Under the pieces are notes generated by a model that saw nothing but the letters and a program-made list of their open reading frames with translations, ran no database searches and was not told where the DNA came from. This document shows, piece after piece, positions 1 through 8,776 of a stretch of DNA of 64,000 bases. The DNA lies in assembly GCA_964574655.1 (NCBI GenBank), contig CAZNOH010000001.1, forward strand, positions 329,852-393,851, read 5' to 3'. How positions within the stretch are numbered: the stretch's first letter is position 1; each line of letters begins with the position of its first letter. Position numbers and translations under genes: made by a program. Origin of the DNA: an uncultured Candidatus Saccharibacteria bacterium (GTDB lineage: Bacteria; Patescibacteriota; JABMPQ01; JAQVVF01).

Positions 1-624
1 GATATCAAAGATATTGCGGATATTGAAAAAAAAATTGGCTATCCTTGCTTTATCAAACCAGCGAATATGGGATCTTCGGTTGGAATTAGCAAAGCGCATG
101 ATCGAAAAGAATTGATTGCAGGGATTGTTGATGCTTTTAAATATGATGCAAAAGTTTTGATTGAAAAAGCGGTTGAAAAACCAAGAGAGATTGAATGTGC
201 TGTTTTAGGAAATGAAGATCCAAAGGCTTCTGTTTTAGGCGAGATTTTTCCGTCTGAGGAATTTTATAGTTATGAAGCAAAATATGTTTCAGAATCAAAG
301 ACAGAAGCACCAGCAAAATTGCCAGATGAAATTTCAGAAGAAATTAAAAAACAAGCGATTAATGCTTTCAAGGCAGTTGATTGTAAAGGCATGGCAAGAG
401 TTGATTTTTTAGTGAATCAGGATCTATCAGAAATTTATATTAATGAAATAAATACAATTCCTGGATTTACATCAATATCAATGTATCCAAAATTGTGGGA
501 GAAATCAGGATTGAATTATTCTGAATTATTGGATGAATTGATCAAGCTAGCACTGGAAAGAAATAAAGAAAAAAAAGAATTGAAGACGAGTTTTGAAGAA
601 GCAGGAACGTGGCATAAAAAATAA
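1..624 (+). CDS. ddl: D-alanine--D-alanine ligase, C-terminal part (5' end outside window)
   Basis: Frame continuous from position 1; translation DIKDIADIEKKIGYPCFIKPANMGSSVGISKAHD...ATP-grasp Ddl C-terminal motifs (EPKASVLGEI, NEINTIPGFT). Confidence 0.8.
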   Translation, partial: DIKDIADIEKKIGYPCFIKPANMGSSVGISKAHDRKELIAGIVDAFKYDAKVLIEKAVEKPREIECAVLGNEDPKASVLGEIFPSEEFYSYEAKYVSESKTEAPAKLPDEISEEIKKQAINAFKAVDCKGMARVDFLVNQDLSEIYINEINTIPGFTSISMYPKLWEKSGLNYSELLDELIKLALERNKEKKELKTSFEEAGTWHKK

Positions 625-677
625 AATTAAAGATGTAGAGACGTTGCAATGCAACGTCTCTACAAAATTAGAATAAA

Positions 678-1334
678 ATGGCAGGAATTGAAACGGGACA
701 AAATTTGCAAAGAGATATCTCAAGTTCTGAACAAGAAAAGCAAGAGCCTGGTTTGGAATTGGTAAAAGGAGAAGAATTAGATGGTGTTGTTGAAGCAACT
801 AGTGATTTGGCTGGAAAAATGGAAAGAGATGAAAAAATTACTGGCGATGATGTGTTAAAATTAGACGAGGCGTTGGGAAAAGTGAGAGTTAATGTTGGTG
901 GCGAGATGATGACGATTGATGAAGTCAAAAATATTCCGGATTTACAAGAAAATTTGAAACTTTTTGATGAAATATTAAGAGGTTCTATTGTTGCGGAACA
1001 ACATTTAACATTTATTACCCTGAAAATTGCTTCATTATTAATTAATAATGAGTCTCGTGTTTCAATAGATATATATTTAGAAACTCTTGAAGAAATATCA
1101 GATGAGGTTGTACTTTTATTAAGTCAATCGGAATTAAATCTTTTTCTTGATAAGATTAGATATCTGTCTGATAAAGCATTGCAATATTTGCTTGATCGTA
1201 AAGAGGGGCTTGTTTCTTTAAGAGGATTGCGTGATTTGTCAGATCATTCTATAGAATTGTTAAGAAATTATTCAAAAAATAATATTATTGTTTCTCGCTT
1301 GATTAAAGAAAAAATGTTGGAAAATAAAAAATAA
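678..1334 (+). CDS. hypothetical protein; conserved N-terminal domain (PGLELVKGE...LAGKMERDE...LDEALGKV...VGGEMMTIDEVKNIPDL) plus Leu-rich C-terminus; paralog of 32893..33564
   Basis: Clear paralogy with ORF 32893..33564 over ~90 aa; sits between ddl and ftsQ-like gene. Confidence 0.5.
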   Translation: MAGIETGQNLQRDISSSEQEKQEPGLELVKGEELDGVVEATSDLAGKMERDEKITGDDVLKLDEALGKVRVNVGGEMMTIDEVKNIPDLQENLKLFDEILRGSIVAEQHLTFITLKIASLLINNESRVSIDIYLETLEEISDEVVLLLSQSELNLFLDKIRYLSDKALQYLLDRKEGLVSLRGLRDLSDHSIELLRNYSKNNIIVSRLIKEKMLENKK

Positions 1335-1339
1335 ATATA

Positions 1340-2215
1340 ATGGCAAAATTGGGAGGATATTATTATTCAAAAAAAAGAGATAGAGGACTTTCTTCTTACG
1401 CTAAAAAAATGCGGAAGATGAAAAAAAGGTCAATCCAAAGTTTAGGAAAAACTAAGCCAAATTTTGGTGTTTCTTTGCGAGGCAAAACAACGCTTATTGC
1501 TTTGTTAATTGCAGTGATAATTTGCGCTGGCATATTATTTTTTAGTAATTTTTTTGCAGTTAAAAAAGCGGTGTTGGTTGGAAACAACAAAATTAAAAGT
1601 GAAGATATTGAAAGTATATTGAAAGATGCTATTTCTGGAAACAGATTTGTTGTTTTTTCAGCAAGTAATATTATGTTAATTAATGATGGAAAGATAAAAA
1701 ACAAGATAATGGAAGAAATGCCGTTGATTGACAGAATCGAAATAAAAAGAATGTTGCCGAATACTTTGAAATTAAATATTCCTGAAAGAGATCCTTTTGC
1801 TATTTGGGAGACAGGCGGAAAAAAATATCTAGTTGATTCAAAAGGAAAAGTTTGTTATGAAATCAAAGATAATGTTAATATGGACTTGCCAATAATATAT
1901 GATAAGCAAAATAAAGCAGTTGAGGTAAAAGGAGAGGCAACTTTTCCGCAACAAATAAATGTTATTAGAAATATTTTGAATTCATTAAAAGATAAAACAA
2001 AATTAGAAGTTGAATTTGTATCTTTGCCAAATTCATTAGGCTTTGAAGTTGATGTAAAAACAAAAGACGGATTTATGGTTTACTTTAATACTGAAAGAAG
2101 CGTTGATTCTCAAATAAGAGATTTAAAAAGTGTTTTGGATAAACAAGTTGCTGAGCAAAAAAGTTCTCTTCAGTATATTGATTTAAGAGTTGAAAACTGG
2201 GTATACTATAAGTAA
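1340..2215 (+). CDS. ftsQ: FtsQ/DivIB-like cell division protein (basic N-tail, one TM helix, POTRA-like domain)
   Basis: Position downstream of ddl as in dcw clusters; TM segment TLIALLIAVIICAGILFF followed by KKAVLVGNNKIKSEDIESIL POTRA-like region. Confidence 0.5.
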   Translation: MAKLGGYYYSKKRDRGLSSYAKKMRKMKKRSIQSLGKTKPNFGVSLRGKTTLIALLIAVIICAGILFFSNFFAVKKAVLVGNNKIKSEDIESILKDAISGNRFVVFSASNIMLINDGKIKNKIMEEMPLIDRIEIKRMLPNTLKLNIPERDPFAIWETGGKKYLVDSKGKVCYEIKDNVNMDLPIIYDKQNKAVEVKGEATFPQQINVIRNILNSLKDKTKLEVEFVSLPNSLGFEVDVKTKDGFMVYFNTERSVDSQIRDLKSVLDKQVAEQKSSLQYIDLRVENWVYYK

Positions 2216-2279
2216 AAGGCAAAATTAAAAATTAAAAAGTAAAAAACGACAATTAAAAAGTAAAAATAAATTAAAAATT

Positions 2280-2657
2280 GTGGCGAAATTTAAAGAAAAA
2301 ATTGGTTTATTGAAAAAACATCCATATTTTAGATGTAAATTTAGTTTGATTATGCTTTTTAACAGTTTGCTCTTGAATTTAAGCCTGTGGATGTTATTAT
2401 ACTTTAGAATAAAGCCTTCAAATTTTCCTGTGCCTTTGCACTATTCAGTTTATTTTGGCATAGACAATATTGATTATTGGTATAAAGTATTTTTTGTGCC
2501 AGGAATAGGTGTTTTATTCATTTTTTTGAATTTGTTTCTTTGTATTTGGTTTTATAATAAAGAAAGATTTATCACGCATTTTTTAAGTGTGAATAATTTT
2601 GTTGTTCAAGGCGTTTTGTTTGGTTTTGTGATTCCATTAGTATTTATGCAAACATAA
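2280..2657 (+). CDS. small polytopic membrane protein, hypothetical (non-ATG start)
   Basis: Hydrophobic 125-aa ORF; no homology recognised. Confidence 0.3.
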   Translation: MAKFKEKIGLLKKHPYFRCKFSLIMLFNSLLLNLSLWMLLYFRIKPSNFPVPLHYSVYFGIDNIDYWYKVFFVPGIGVLFIFLNLFLCIWFYNKERFITHFLSVNNFVVQGVLFGFVIPLVFMQT

Positions 2658-2760
2658 TACGAATAAAAATACGAATAATGCGAATGTTGCGAATTACGAA
2701 TCGACGTATTTGCAATTCGTATCATTTGCATTATTCGTAAGGGCATTCGTATTATTATAT
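2657..2760. promoter_or_regulatory. 104-nt imperfect palindrome built from 5 forward CGAAT(A) units and 3 reverse ATTCGTA units, upstream of GT2 gene
   Basis: aatacgaataaaaatacgaataatgcgaatgttgcgaattacgaatcgacg / tatttgcaattcgtatcatttgcattattcgtaagggcattcgtatt read directly. Confidence 0.4.
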
Positions 2761-2761
2761 T

Positions 2762-4306
2762 ATGAGAGCAGATCAAATTAAAAATAGAAAAGATAGGATT
2801 TGTTATCGGCTGTATGAAATATTGCCAGGCTTTTTGTCTTGGGGAGTTTTGTTTGGTAGTATAGTTTTATCTTTCATACATCCTGTTTGGGTAGCTATTT
2901 TTATTATTTGTTTTGATGTTTATTGGTTGATAAAAGTGCTGTATTTGGCAGTGTATTTGCTTGTTTCTTATCGAAGGTTAAAAAAGAATGAAAAAGAAGC
3001 ATGGCTCACAAATTGCAAAAAATTGAATCCTACTGACAGGCCAAAATTTGAAGAGATCTATCATCTGGTTATTATTCCAATGGTTTTTGAAGATATTGAA
3101 ATTGTTAAGCAGACTTTTCAAGCTTTAATTTGTGCAAACTATCCGAAAGATAAGATGATTGTGGTTTTGGCAACTGAAGAGAGGGCAGGAATTTGGGCTT
3201 GCAAGGTTGCTGATCGGATAAAAGCGGAATTTGGCGATAAATTTTATCATTTTCAAGTAACAAAACATCCAGATAATATTATTGGCGAGTTAAAAGGCAA
3301 AGGATCTAACGAAACTTGGGCAGCAAAAGAAATTCGTAAATTTATTGATGAAAAAGGATTGTCTTATGAAAGTGTAATTACATCTGTGTTTGATGTTGAT
3401 ACTTGCGTACATCCAGAATATTTTGGCGTTTTGACTTATAAATTTTTGACTGTTCCTGATCATTTGCATGCTTCTTTTCAACCAGTGCCAATGTTTTTTA
3501 ATAATCTTTGGGATTCTCCGGCGTTAATGAGAATCGTGGCAATGAGTACGACTTTTTGGATGCTGATGGAGCAAGGAAGGCCAGAAAAATTGTATACTTT
3601 TTCTAGCCATAGTATGAATTTTAAAACTTTGACTGAAATTGGATTTTGGGAAACCGATGTGGTGTCTGAGGATTCAAGAATATTTTGGCAGTGTTTTAAT
3701 TATTATAATGGCAATTATCGTTGCGAGCCTTTGTTGATTCCTGTTTATATGGATACAGTTTTGGCAGGCACTTTTTGGCAAAGCGTTGTAAATCAATACA
3801 AGCAACAAAGAAGATGGGCATATGGAGCAGAAAATATTCCTTATGTTTTAACTAGATTTTCAAAAAATAAAAAGATTCCATTTTTTAAAAAGCTTGATCA
3901 TGGTTTTTGGGTGGTTGAGGGCATGTTTTCTTGGGCAACAAGCTCAATAATAATTTTTATGGCTGGCTGGTTGCCATTGTTTGTAGGTGGAGAGGCTTTT
4001 TCAAAATCATTATTAGCTCAAAATTTGCCTTATGTGACGCAAATATTAATGACAATGGCAATGTTGGGCATGATCGTTTCTGCTACTCTCAGCATGTTTA
4101 TGCTTCCTCCAAGGCCAAAGAGACATGGGCAACACAAAATATTATTTATGTTGTTGCAATGGATTTTATTGCCGATTTCAACAATTTGTTTGGGTGCTTT
4201 TCCAGCATTAGATGCGCAAACTAGATTAATGTTTGGAAAATATATGGGATTCTGGGTGACTGAAAAGTCAAGAAGGCGTGAGCCAGAAGTAAAAAGTCAA
4301 AATTAA
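2762..4306 (+). CDS. membrane-bound family-2 glycosyltransferase (processive, cellulose-synthase-like)
   Basis: N- and C-terminal TM helices; cytoplasmic domain with DxD-like (FDVDT) and QxxRW motif (QQRRWAYG). Confidence 0.55.
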   Translation: MRADQIKNRKDRICYRLYEILPGFLSWGVLFGSIVLSFIHPVWVAIFIICFDVYWLIKVLYLAVYLLVSYRRLKKNEKEAWLTNCKKLNPTDRPKFEEIYHLVIIPMVFEDIEIVKQTFQALICANYPKDKMIVVLATEERAGIWACKVADRIKAEFGDKFYHFQVTKHPDNIIGELKGKGSNETWAAKEIRKFIDEKGLSYESVITSVFDVDTCVHPEYFGVLTYKFLTVPDHLHASFQPVPMFFNNLWDSPALMRIVAMSTTFWMLMEQGRPEKLYTFSSHSMNFKTLTEIGFWETDVVSEDSRIFWQCFNYYNGNYRCEPLLIPVYMDTVLAGTFWQSVVNQYKQQRRWAYGAENIPYVLTRFSKNKKIPFFKKLDHGFWVVEGMFSWATSSIIIFMAGWLPLFVGGEAFSKSLLAQNLPYVTQILMTMAMLGMIVSATLSMFMLPPRPKRHGQHKILFMLLQWILLPISTICLGAFPALDAQTRLMFGKYMGFWVTEKSRRREPEVKSQN

Positions 4307-4388
4307 AAAATAAAAAGTTACAAGTAAAAATTAAAAAGAACTGCATTCGTTTTTTACTTTTGCCTTTTTATTTTTAACTTTTTAATTT

Positions 4389-6032
4389 ATGTTTGATATT
4401 ATAATCAGGAATGGGACTATTGTAGATGGGACTGGCAAAGAAAAATATCAGGCGGATATTGGAATTAACCGAGATACGATTTCAGAAATTGGAAATTTGG
4501 AAAATGCCAAGGCTTTGCAGCAAATTAATGCTAAGGATTTTTTTGTTTGTCCTGGTTTTGTTGATGTCTTAAATCATTCTGATAGTTATTTTAAGCTTTT
4601 CTCAAATCCAACTTTAGATAGTTTGGCTTTGCAAGGAGTAACAACAATTATCGGCGGTAATTGTGGAACATCTTTAGCGCCTTTATCTTCTAGCTTTACA
4701 ATGAATGAATTAAATAAAAGAATGGGCTTTAAGGCTAATGTAATTACTAATCCAGCTAAAAGTGAGACGTTGTTGAAATCAATGAGAAAATGGATTGATG
4801 TTTCTGGGATTAATATTAATTGGTCTACTCTAGATGAATTTCTTGCTGTTTTAGGTAATCAAGGTCTTTCATTAAATTTTGGTACGTTGATTGGTCATAG
4901 TTCTATTAGGAGAAATCTTGTAGGTGAAAGAATTTCTGATTTATCGACTGATGAACTTACTTTTTTTAAAGAGATGATTGCTGATTCAATTCAACAAGGA
5001 GCATTAGGTATGTCATGCGGTCTTTCTTTTAGTCATGAGAATTTTGTAGAAACTAGCGAGCTTATGGATTTAGCTTCGGTATTGCATGAGTCAGATTCCA
5101 TTATGTCATTTCATCTTCGAAATGAGGCAGAAAGAATTGTTGAATCAGTATCAGAAGCAATCGAAATTGCCAAGAGGAGCGGAGTCAGAGTCGAAATATC
5201 GCATTTTAAGATCAACGGAAAAGAAAATTGGGATAAGATTGACGAAGTTTTATCTTTAGTCGAAAGGGCGAGTGAAAAAGGCTTGGAAATAAATTTTGAT
5301 TTTTATCCTTATGATTTTGGCTGGGCGGTTTTTTATCAATTCTTGCCAAGCTCGTTATATATCGGCGGTAGAGAAAAAATGTTGAAGCGTTTATTAGACG
5401 AAAGAGAGAGACCGGCAATTCTAAATTCTTTGAAGGAAATTTCATTAAGAGTTTCTGATATGATAATTGCTTATAGTCCTTTTAATAAAGCATTTGTGGG
5501 CAGAAGTTTTTCTGACATTGCCAAATCTCAGGGAATAAGTTTGGAAGAAGCAATAATGATGGCTTTGATTGACTCGCGCGGCCATTTAATTTGTTTTGAT
5601 AAAGCATTGGATGAAAAGAATATTGTTAAACAGATAAAACATCCATTGGGAATCTTGTCTTCTGATGGCAGTGGTTTTTTTGAAGAAGAAAATAGAAATG
5701 GCCAGCTTGTTCATCCGAGATGTTTTGGAGCATTTACGCGTTTTTTGGGTAAATATGTTCGTGATTCTAGGTTTTTGGAATGGGAGAAGGCAATCCAAAA
5801 AATTACTTCAATGCCAGCTTTAAAATATGGAATAAATAATAGAGGTTTCCTGCAGGCTGGATTAAAAGCTGATATTGCAATTTTTGATCCAAATAAAATC
5901 ACTGATATGGCAACAATAGAAAATCCTTTTCAATATTCTCGGGGAATAAAATATGTTTTAGTGAATGGGAAGTTCGTAGTTAGCGATTCTAAACATACAA
6001 AAGAATTGGCTGGTGAGATAATTAGAAAATAA
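4389..6032 (+). CDS. amidohydrolase, N-acyl-D-amino-acid deacylase (D-aminoacylase)-like
   Basis: N-term MFDIIIRNGTIVDGTGKEKYQADIGINRDTISEIG...FVCPGFVDVLNHSD typical of D-aminoacylase family; first metal His apparently replaced (NHSD). Confidence 0.55.
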   Translation: MFDIIIRNGTIVDGTGKEKYQADIGINRDTISEIGNLENAKALQQINAKDFFVCPGFVDVLNHSDSYFKLFSNPTLDSLALQGVTTIIGGNCGTSLAPLSSSFTMNELNKRMGFKANVITNPAKSETLLKSMRKWIDVSGININWSTLDEFLAVLGNQGLSLNFGTLIGHSSIRRNLVGERISDLSTDELTFFKEMIADSIQQGALGMSCGLSFSHENFVETSELMDLASVLHESDSIMSFHLRNEAERIVESVSEAIEIAKRSGVRVEISHFKINGKENWDKIDEVLSLVERASEKGLEINFDFYPYDFGWAVFYQFLPSSLYIGGREKMLKRLLDERERPAILNSLKEISLRVSDMIIAYSPFNKAFVGRSFSDIAKSQGISLEEAIMMALIDSRGHLICFDKALDEKNIVKQIKHPLGILSSDGSGFFEEENRNGQLVHPRCFGAFTRFLGKYVRDSRFLEWEKAIQKITSMPALKYGINNRGFLQAGLKADIAIFDPNKITDMATIENPFQYSRGIKYVLVNGKFVVSDSKHTKELAGEIIRK

Positions 6033-6041
6033 TAAAATTTT

Positions 6042-6080
6042 CTACCCAACTTTAGTTGGGGTTCGGAAAGCTTTAGTTTT
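6042..6080. repeat. REP-like element: CTAC + hairpin CCAACTTTAGTTGGGG + TTCGGAAAGCTTTAGTTTT tail, immediately 3' of amidohydrolase gene
   Basis: Family members at 15097, 31798, 34267 with compensatory stem changes. Confidence 0.6.
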
Positions 6081-6134
6081 CATGACTTGGAAATTAAGAA
6101 ATTGACTAATTAAATTGGTTGGATTATTCTGATT

Positions 6135-6155
6135 CTACCCTGCTTATAGCAGGGG
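6135..6155. repeat. REP-like element CTAC-CCTGCTTATAGCAGGG-G
   Basis: CTAC plus perfect 7-bp stem hairpin, same orientation as 6042 copy. Confidence 0.5.
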
Positions 6156-6168
6156 TTTTGGTAAATTT

Positions 6169-6972
6169 ATGCAAAAAATAGTTTCTGAAAAATTAAGTAA
6201 ATATAAAAATCTAGTTCAAAGTTTGTCTATCGGTGACTTTGGGAGATTGAGATTCGGAGAGGATAAAAGCGAAAGTCATATAAAACAGATTATTAAGAAT
6301 AGAGAAGAGTATTTTAAAAATTTTGGTGTTGATTTGAAAAATGTGGTAATGCAGAATCAAGTTCATGGAACTAATATTTCTTTAGTTTCTAAAAATGATT
6401 GCGGAAAAGGTGTATTTGGTCCCAAAACTTATGTTAAAGATAGTGATGGATTAATTACAAAAGATAGAAATGTTTTTTTAGTGTGCTTTACGGCTGATTG
6501 CTTGCCCGTTTCTTTTTATGACCATAAGCTAAAAATTTGTGGCATTGCTCATTCTGGCTGGAAAGGAACTTTAAATAATATTGTTGGCAAAATGATTAAT
6601 GAATTTGAAAAATTGGGCAGTAATGCAAAAGACATTATTGTTTATATTGGACCAGCAATTGGCAAATGTTGTTATGAAGTGAGCAAGGCTAAGGATAATA
6701 GAATCGCAAGATTTGAAAAATTCCTTCTTGGTCTGAAGCCTGCCTGCTCGGTAGGCAGGGCCAAGCCACAAGAAGAGTTGATTATAAAAAAAGAAAATAA
6801 AGCATATATAGACTTGAAAAAAATCGTTAGAGTAGAATTATTGGATGCCGATATTAAGAAAGAGAATATTGAAATCTCGGAAATTTGTACTAGTTGTGAT
6901 GAGCGGTTTCCGTCTTATCATCGAGATTTGGAATGCAAGGCTGATTTGTTGAGCGTGATTGGGATGAAATAG
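6169..6972 (+). CDS. pgeF: PgeF/YfiH family protein (DUF152 purine nucleoside phosphorylase / polyphenol oxidase-like)
   Basis: FLVCFTADCLPVSFYDHKLKICGIAHSGWKGTL...IGPAIGKCCYEV conserved Cys/His motifs; contains in-frame 52-nt palindrome at 6724..6775. Confidence 0.6.
   Translation: MQKIVSEKLSKYKNLVQSLSIGDFGRLRFGEDKSESHIKQIIKNREEYFKNFGVDLKNVVMQNQVHGTNISLVSKNDCGKGVFGPKTYVKDSDGLITKDRNVFLVCFTADCLPVSFYDHKLKICGIAHSGWKGTLNNIVGKMINEFEKLGSNAKDIIVYIGPAIGKCCYEVSKAKDNRIARFEKFLLGLKPACSVGRAKPQEELIIKKENKAYIDLKKIVRVELLDADIKKENIEISEICTSCDERFPSYHRDLECKADLLSVIGMK
6724..6775. repeat. intragenic in-frame GC-rich palindrome (CTTCTTGG..CCTGCCT-GCTCGGT-AGGCAGG..CCACAAGAAG) inside pgeF
   Basis: Nested stems read directly; encodes LLGLKPACSVGRAKPQEE; contains GTAG. 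Confidence 0.5.
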
Positions 6973-6990
6973 CTTGCGAAAAGCTTGTTA

Positions 6991-7020
6991 TTCGGATATT
7001 ATGATATTAAGATATTTGAT
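6991..7020 (+). promoter_or_regulatory. TTCGRATATT-type tandem array (ttcGGATATTAtGATATTAaGATATTTGAT) upstream of murD
   Basis: GATATT repeated at 8-9 nt period; same motif at 15062, 15145, 21466, 35681, 40329, 2657. Confidence 0.35.
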
Positions 7021-7132
7021 AATCGAAACTCGGTTTTGTACAAAATTGAAAGATAAATGTGATTAAGAACAGCTTGATATGAATATTGTGTTGTTTGATT
7101 TAGTAAAAAACCGAGTATCTTAAGTTATCTCT

Positions 7133-8620
7133 ATGACAATAGAAGATCTAAAAAAGAAAAATATCCATGTTTTAGGCGTTTCTGGTGCTGAAGGAAGCGC
7201 GGTTTTGGAATTTTTGGCAGATAATGGCATTAAGAATATTACTGCTCATGATTTTTGCGATGAAGATAAATTTAAAGAAAGTTTTTTTTCTTTTCATGAT
7301 AGGTTGAATAAAAAAGAAAAAGAATCAGCTTTTGAAAAAGTCTTCCGCCTTCGCCAAGGCTTTGGCGGACAAGGAAAAATAAAGTTTAATTATAAAGATA
7401 CTTATCTTGACCAAGTTGAAAAGGCTGATCTTGTTTTTGTGCCACAATCTTGGTTCAGATATCCACAAAATAGCGTTTTGCATCAATACAAAGGTAGGAT
7501 TGAATTTTCCAATATTACTAAATTGTATTTTCAATTTTGTAAAGGAAAAATAATCGCAGTAACTGGAACTTCTGGAAAATCAACAACATCGGCATTAGTG
7601 AATGATGTAATGAAGAGAGGTTACAAATCAGGCAAAGTTTATTTTACTGGCAATGATCGCGAAAATGTCCAAGTATTAAATGATATTTTTGAAATAAAAG
7701 AAAATGATATTCTAGTTTTGGAAGTCAGTAATAGACAATTGATGATTGACTTAAAAAAAAGTCCTCATATCGGAATTATTACTAATATTTCGCCAAATCA
7801 TATGGATGATCATAAGACTTTTACTGATTACATTACGACAAAAAGAAGTTTGCTTAGATATCAGAAAAAGGATGATTTTGCGATTTTGAATTTTGATAAT
7901 GATATTACAAAAGATATCGGCTTAGATATTGATTCTACTGTTTATTTTTTTTCAAGAAAAGGCAGAGTTGATCGAGGCGCATATGTCAAATTTAATGAAA
8001 TAACTATTTTAGATGGTGCAAGAGAAAAAAGAATTTGTTCAGTGTTAGATCTCAAAATTCCTGGTCCACATAATATTGAAAATTCTTTGGCTGCAAGTTT
8101 AGTTGGCTATCTGATGGGAATTAATACAAAAGACATTAGAGAAGCGTTGTTAGGGTTTAAAGGAATAAAGTCTAGGTTGGAATTAGTAAAAGAAATTGAT
8201 GGTATTTCATATATAGAAGATTCTTCAGCTTGTAATCCTGAAGGGGCTGCTGTTGCTGTTTCTTCTTTTAGAAAACCGATGCTATTGATTGCCGGAGGTT
8301 CAAGGAAAAAACCTTATCCCGGAGAGTTTGATCGCATGGCTGATTCTGTAATTAATTCTAAAGTAAAAATGGCATTCCTTATTGGAGAAAGAGCAGAAAC
8401 AATAAAGCAGGCTTTGAAAAATTCAAGCATTAGATTTCAGAAAGCTGGTCCAATAATTAAAATTTGTGATAGCTTGGAGGATGCAGTGATATCTGCTAGC
8501 AAGTCAGCAAAAAAGGGTGATATAGTAATTATGTCTCCTGGTTGCGAAAGTTTTGGAATGTTTATTGATTATAGAGACAGAGCAAAGCAGTTTAAACGTT
8601 TGGTTAAAAACCTGGGTTAG
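7133..8620 (+). CDS. murD: UDP-N-acetylmuramoylalanine--D-glutamate ligase
   Basis: Mur ligase P-loop VTGTSGKSTTSAL, position before ftsW; carries in-frame palindromic insert at 7342..7378. Confidence 0.75.
   Translation: MTIEDLKKKNIHVLGVSGAEGSAVLEFLADNGIKNITAHDFCDEDKFKESFFSFHDRLNKKEKESAFEKVFRLRQGFGGQGKIKFNYKDTYLDQVEKADLVFVPQSWFRYPQNSVLHQYKGRIEFSNITKLYFQFCKGKIIAVTGTSGKSTTSALVNDVMKRGYKSGKVYFTGNDRENVQVLNDIFEIKENDILVLEVSNRQLMIDLKKSPHIGIITNISPNHMDDHKTFTDYITTKRSLLRYQKKDDFAILNFDNDITKDIGLDIDSTVYFFSRKGRVDRGAYVKFNEITILDGAREKRICSVLDLKIPGPHNIENSLAASLVGYLMGINTKDIREALLGFKGIKSRLELVKEIDGISYIEDSSACNPEGAAVAVSSFRKPMLLIAGGSRKKPYPGEFDRMADSVINSKVKMAFLIGERAETIKQALKNSSIRFQKAGPIIKICDSLEDAVISASKSAKKGDIVIMSPGCESFGMFIDYRDRAKQFKRLVKNLG
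7342..7378. repeat. intragenic in-frame palindromic element (TCCGCC-TTCGCCAAGGCTTT-GGCGGA-CAAGGAAAA) in murD
   Basis: Near-identical copy in murC at 12821..12860 with compensatory stem change; encodes RLRQGFGGQGK. Confidence 0.65.
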
Positions 8621-8624
8621 ATGT

Positions 8625-8700
8625 TTTAAATACAAAAAATTCTAAATTCTAAACACAAAATTCTAAATAAACTCAAAAAATTAAATTACAAAATTGCGAT
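8625..8700. repeat. intergenic AAATTCTAAAT / AAATTACAAAAT repeat cluster (inverted copies at 8735..8765)
   Basis: aaattctaaattctaaacacaaaattctaaataaactcaaaaaattaaattacaaaattg; same units occur in-frame inside secA. Confidence 0.5.
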
Positions 8701-8776
8701 TATGGCGTTGGTTTTGGTAATTTTTATTTTGTATTTTTAATTTATTTAGAATTTAGGATTTAGAGTTTTTAAAAGA

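Noticed and set aside
547-928. Antisense small ORFs in the ORF track (547..798, 668..928, 1396..1704, 15672..16106, 58248..58754 and similar)
   Set aside because: They are entirely nested opposite well-supported genes, are low-complexity and have no start context, so they are spurious.
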